DNA from: Eledone cirrhosa
Lineage: Eukaryota
Direction of reading: 5' to 3'
Assembly: GCA_964016885.1 (NCBI GenBank)
Contig: OZ024744.1
Location: 129,270,001-129,334,000 of the forward strand
Length of the DNA stretch: 64,000 nucleotides
The notes below the pieces were generated by a model that was given only the letters and a program-made list of their open reading frames with translations, ran no database searches and had not been told where the DNA came from. Within the stretch, counting starts at the first letter, position 1; the number at the start of each line of letters is the position of its first letter. The position numbers and the translations under genes were made by a program. Shown piece by piece: positions 61,137-64,000 of the stretch.

Positions 61137-64000
61137 GGGTTCAATTAAGTTGCGGTTAATTTAAGTTGGGTTTAAGTTAAGTTGGGGTTAAGTTAAGTTG
61201 GGGTTATGTTAAGTTGGTGTTAAGTTAAGTTGGGGTTAAGTTAAGTTGGGGTTAAGTTAAGTTGGGGTTAAGTTAGGTTGGGTTTAAGTTAAGTTGGGGC
61301 TAAGTTAAGTTAGGGCTAAGTTAAGTTGGGATTAAGTAAAGTTAGGGCTAAGTTAAGTTGGGGTTAAGTTAAGTTGGGGTTAATTTAAGTTGGGGTTACA
61401 TTAAGTTGAGGTTAAGTTAAGTTGGGGTTAAGTTAAGTTGGGTTTAAGTTAAGTTGGGGCTAAGTTAAGTTAGGGCTAAGTTAAGTTGGGGCTGAGTTAA
61501 GTTGGGGTTAAGTTAAGTTGGGGTTGAGTTAAGTTGGGGTTAAGTTAAGTTGGGGTTAAGTTAAGTTGAGGTTAAGTTAAGTTGGGGCTGAGTTAAGTTG
61601 GGGTTACGTTAAGTTGGGGTTAAGGTAAGTTGGGGTTAAGTTAAGTTCGGGTTAAGTTAAGTTGGTGTTAAGTTAAGTTGGGGCTGAGTTAAGTTGGGGC
61701 TAAGTTAAGTTGGGTCTAAGTTAAGTTGGGGTTAAGTTAGGGTCGAGTTAAGTTGGGGTTAAGTTAAGTTGGTGTTAAATTAAGTTGGGGTTAAGTTAAG
61801 TTGGTGTTAAGTTAAGTTGGGGTTAAGTTAAGTTGGGGTTAATTAAGTTGGGGTTAAGTTAATTTGGGGTTAAGTTAATTGGGGTTAAATTAAGTTAGGG
61901 TTGAGTTAAGTTGGGGTTAAGTTAAGTTGGGGTTAAGTAAAGTTGGGGTTCAGTTAAGTTGCGGTTAAGTTAAGTTGGGGTTAAGTTAAGTTAGGCTTAA
62001 CTTAAGTTGGGGTTAAGTTAAGTTGGGGGAGAGTTAAGTTGGGGGTAAGTTAAGTTGGGGTTAAGTTAAGTTGGGGTTAAGTTGGGGTTAAGTTAATTTA
62101 GGGTTAAGTTAAGTTGGGGTTGAGTTAAGTTGGGGTTAAGTTAAGTGGTGGTTATGTTAAGTTGGGGTTAAGTTAAGTTGGGGTTAATTTAAATTGGGGT
62201 TAATTTAACTTTGTGGTTAAGTTAAGTTGGGGTTAATTTAAGTTGGGGTTAAGTTAAGTTGGGGTTAATTTAATTTGTGGTTAAGTTAAGTTGGGGTTAA
62301 GTTAAGTTGGGGTTGAGTTAAGCTGGGGTTGAGTTAAGTTGGGGTTGAGTTAATTCGGGGTTAAGTTAAGTTGGGGTTAACTTAAGTTGGGTTTAATTTA
62401 AGTTGGGGTTAAGTTAAGTTGGGGTTATAATTAAGTTGGGGTTAAGTTAAGTTGGGGGTAAGATAAGTTGGGGTTAGTTAAGTTGCGGTTAAGTTAAGTT
62501 GGGGTTAAGTTAAGTTGGGGTTAAGTTAAGTTGGGGTTAAGTTAAGTTGGGGTTAATTTAAGTTGGGGTTAATTTAAGTTGGGGTAAAGTTAAGTTGGGG
62601 GTAAGTTAAGTTGGGGTTAAGTTAAGTTGGGGTTAAGTTGGGGTTAAGTTAAGTTAGGGTTAACTTAAGTTGGGGTTGTGTTAAGTGGTGGTTATGTTAA
62701 GTGGTGGTTATGTTAAGTTGGGGTTAAGTTAAGTTGGGGTTAAGTTAAATTGGGGGTAAGTTAAGTTGCGGTTAAGTTAAGTTGGGGTTAAGTTAAGTTG
62801 GGGTTAAGTTAATTAGGGTTAAGTTAAGTTGGGGTTAAGTTAAGTTGGGGTTAAGTTAAGTTGGGGTTAAGTTAATTTGTGGTTAAGTTAAGTTGGGGTT
62901 AAGTTAAGTTGGGGTTAAGTTAAGTTGGGGATAAGTTAAGTTGAGGATAAGTTAAGTTGGGGTTAATTAAGTTGGCTTTAAGTTAAGTTGGGGTTAAGTT
63001 AAGTTGGGGTTAAGTTAAGTTGGTTAGTTAAGTTGAGTTTAAGTTAAGTTGGGGTTAATTTAAGTTGGGGTTAAGTTAAGTTGGGGTTAAGTTAAGTTGG
63101 GGTTAAGTTAAGTTGGGGTTCAGTTAAGTTGGGGTTAAGTTGGGGTAAAATTAAGTTGGGGTTAAGTTAAGTTGCGGTTAAGTTAAGTTGAGGTTAAGTT
63201 AAGTTGGGGTTAAGTTAAGTTGGGGTTAAGTTAAGTTGGGGCTAAGTTAAGTTGGAGTTAAGTTAAGTTGGGGCTAAGTTAAGTTAGGGTTAAGTTAAGT
63301 TGGGGTTAAGTTAAGGTGGGGTTAAGTTAAGTTGGGGTCAACTTAAGTTGGGGTTAATTTAAGTTGGGGTTAACTTAAGTTGGGGTTAAGCTAAGTTGGG
63401 GTTAAGTTAAGTTGGGGTTAAGTTAAGTTGGGGTTACGTTAAGTTGGGGGTAAGTTTAGTTGGTGGTAAGTTAAGTTGGGGGTAAGTTAAGATGGGGTTA
63501 AGTTAAGTTGGGGTTAATTTAATTTGGGGTTAAGTTAAGTTAGGGTTAAGTTAAGTTGGGGTTGAGTTAAGTTGGGGTTAAGTTAAGTTGGGGTTATGTT
63601 AAGTTGGGGTTAAGTTAAGTTGGGGTTAAGTTAAGTTGGGGTTCAATTAAGTTGCGGTTAATTTAAGTTGGGGTTAAGTTAAGTTGGGGTTAAGTTAAGT
63701 TGGGGTTAAGTTAAGTTGGGGTTAAATTAAGTTGGGGTTAAATTAAGTTGGGGTTAAGTTAAGTTGGGGTTATGTTAAGTTGGTGTTAAGTTAAGTTGGG
63801 GTTAAGTTAAGTTGGGGTTAAGTTAGGTTGGTGTTAATTTAAGTTGGGGGTAAGTTAAGTTGGGGGTAAGTTAAGTTGGTGTTAAGTTAAGTTGGGGTTA
63901 AGTTAAGTTGGGGTTAAGTTAAGTTGGGGTTAAGTTAGGGTCGAGTTAAGTTGGGGTTAAGTTAAGTTGGGGTTAAGTTAAGTTGGGGTTAATTTAATTT
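60212..64000 (+). repeat. Copy of ~34100-37877 at a spacing of ~26.1 kb, running to the window end
   Basis: GGGGGAGAG A at 35907/62030 and GGTCGAG C at 37819/63942 (offset 26123). GGGATTAAGTAAAG A at 35219/61331 (offset 26112, upstream of an 11-bp insertion). Confidence 0.88.

Larger units (their letters stand above)
1..64000 (+). repeat. Tandem satellite array, 16-bp consensus TTAAGTTAAGTTGGGG (5+5+6 substructure), about 4,000 copies, single orientation, extends past both window edges
   Basis: Monomer reads directly throughout. Deviations are substitutions or short indels within the monomer. No inversion to the CCCCAACTTAACTTAA orientation and no unique insert were seen. Confidence 0.99.

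Noticed and set aside
1-64000. Protein-coding repeat ORF
   Set aside because: TTAA gives TAA on both strands twice per monomer, and the 16-bp period rotates through all frames, so no long ORF exists.
1-64000. CRISPR array or other repeat-spacer system
   Set aside because: There are no unique spacers. All variation consists of small changes within a contiguous 16-bp monomer.
1-64000. TTAA sites as piggyBac target sites or footprints
   Set aside because: TTAA is part of the monomer. No terminal inverted repeats or inserted element were seen.
1-64000. Pure sequencing noise or low-complexity artefact
   Set aside because: Variants recur in identical order at constant multi-kb offsets, which random errors would not produce. 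Individual block copy numbers could still be misassembled.
1-64000. Single regular higher-order repeat period
   Set aside because: Measured offsets (about 1.6, 2.5, 4.35, 5.65, 5.68, 16.2, 26.1 kb) are local, and no single period persists across the window.

Overview
The whole 64 kb window is one uninterrupted tandem satellite array. The consensus monomer is 16 bp, TTAAG-TTAAG-TTGGGG (about 4,000 copies), always in the same orientation: the + strand is G/T-rich and the consensus has no C. I found no genes, RNA genes, mobile elements, CRISPR spacers or unique sequence, and TAA stops recur in all six frames. The information lies in the variant monomers, which act as barcodes. They reveal nested duplications at hand-counted marker offsets of about 1.6, 2.5, 4.35, 5.65, 5.68, 16.2 and 26.1 kb. 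They also show left- and right-specific variant sets, one apparent short gene-conversion patch, and a recurrent double substitution that perfects a 12-bp palindrome. The monomer resembles telomeric repeats (TTGGGG; TTAGG-like pentamers), so a telomere-derived eukaryotic satellite is plausible, but neither organism nor chromosomal location can be read from the sequence. Block boundaries are approximate because they fall in runs of perfect monomers.
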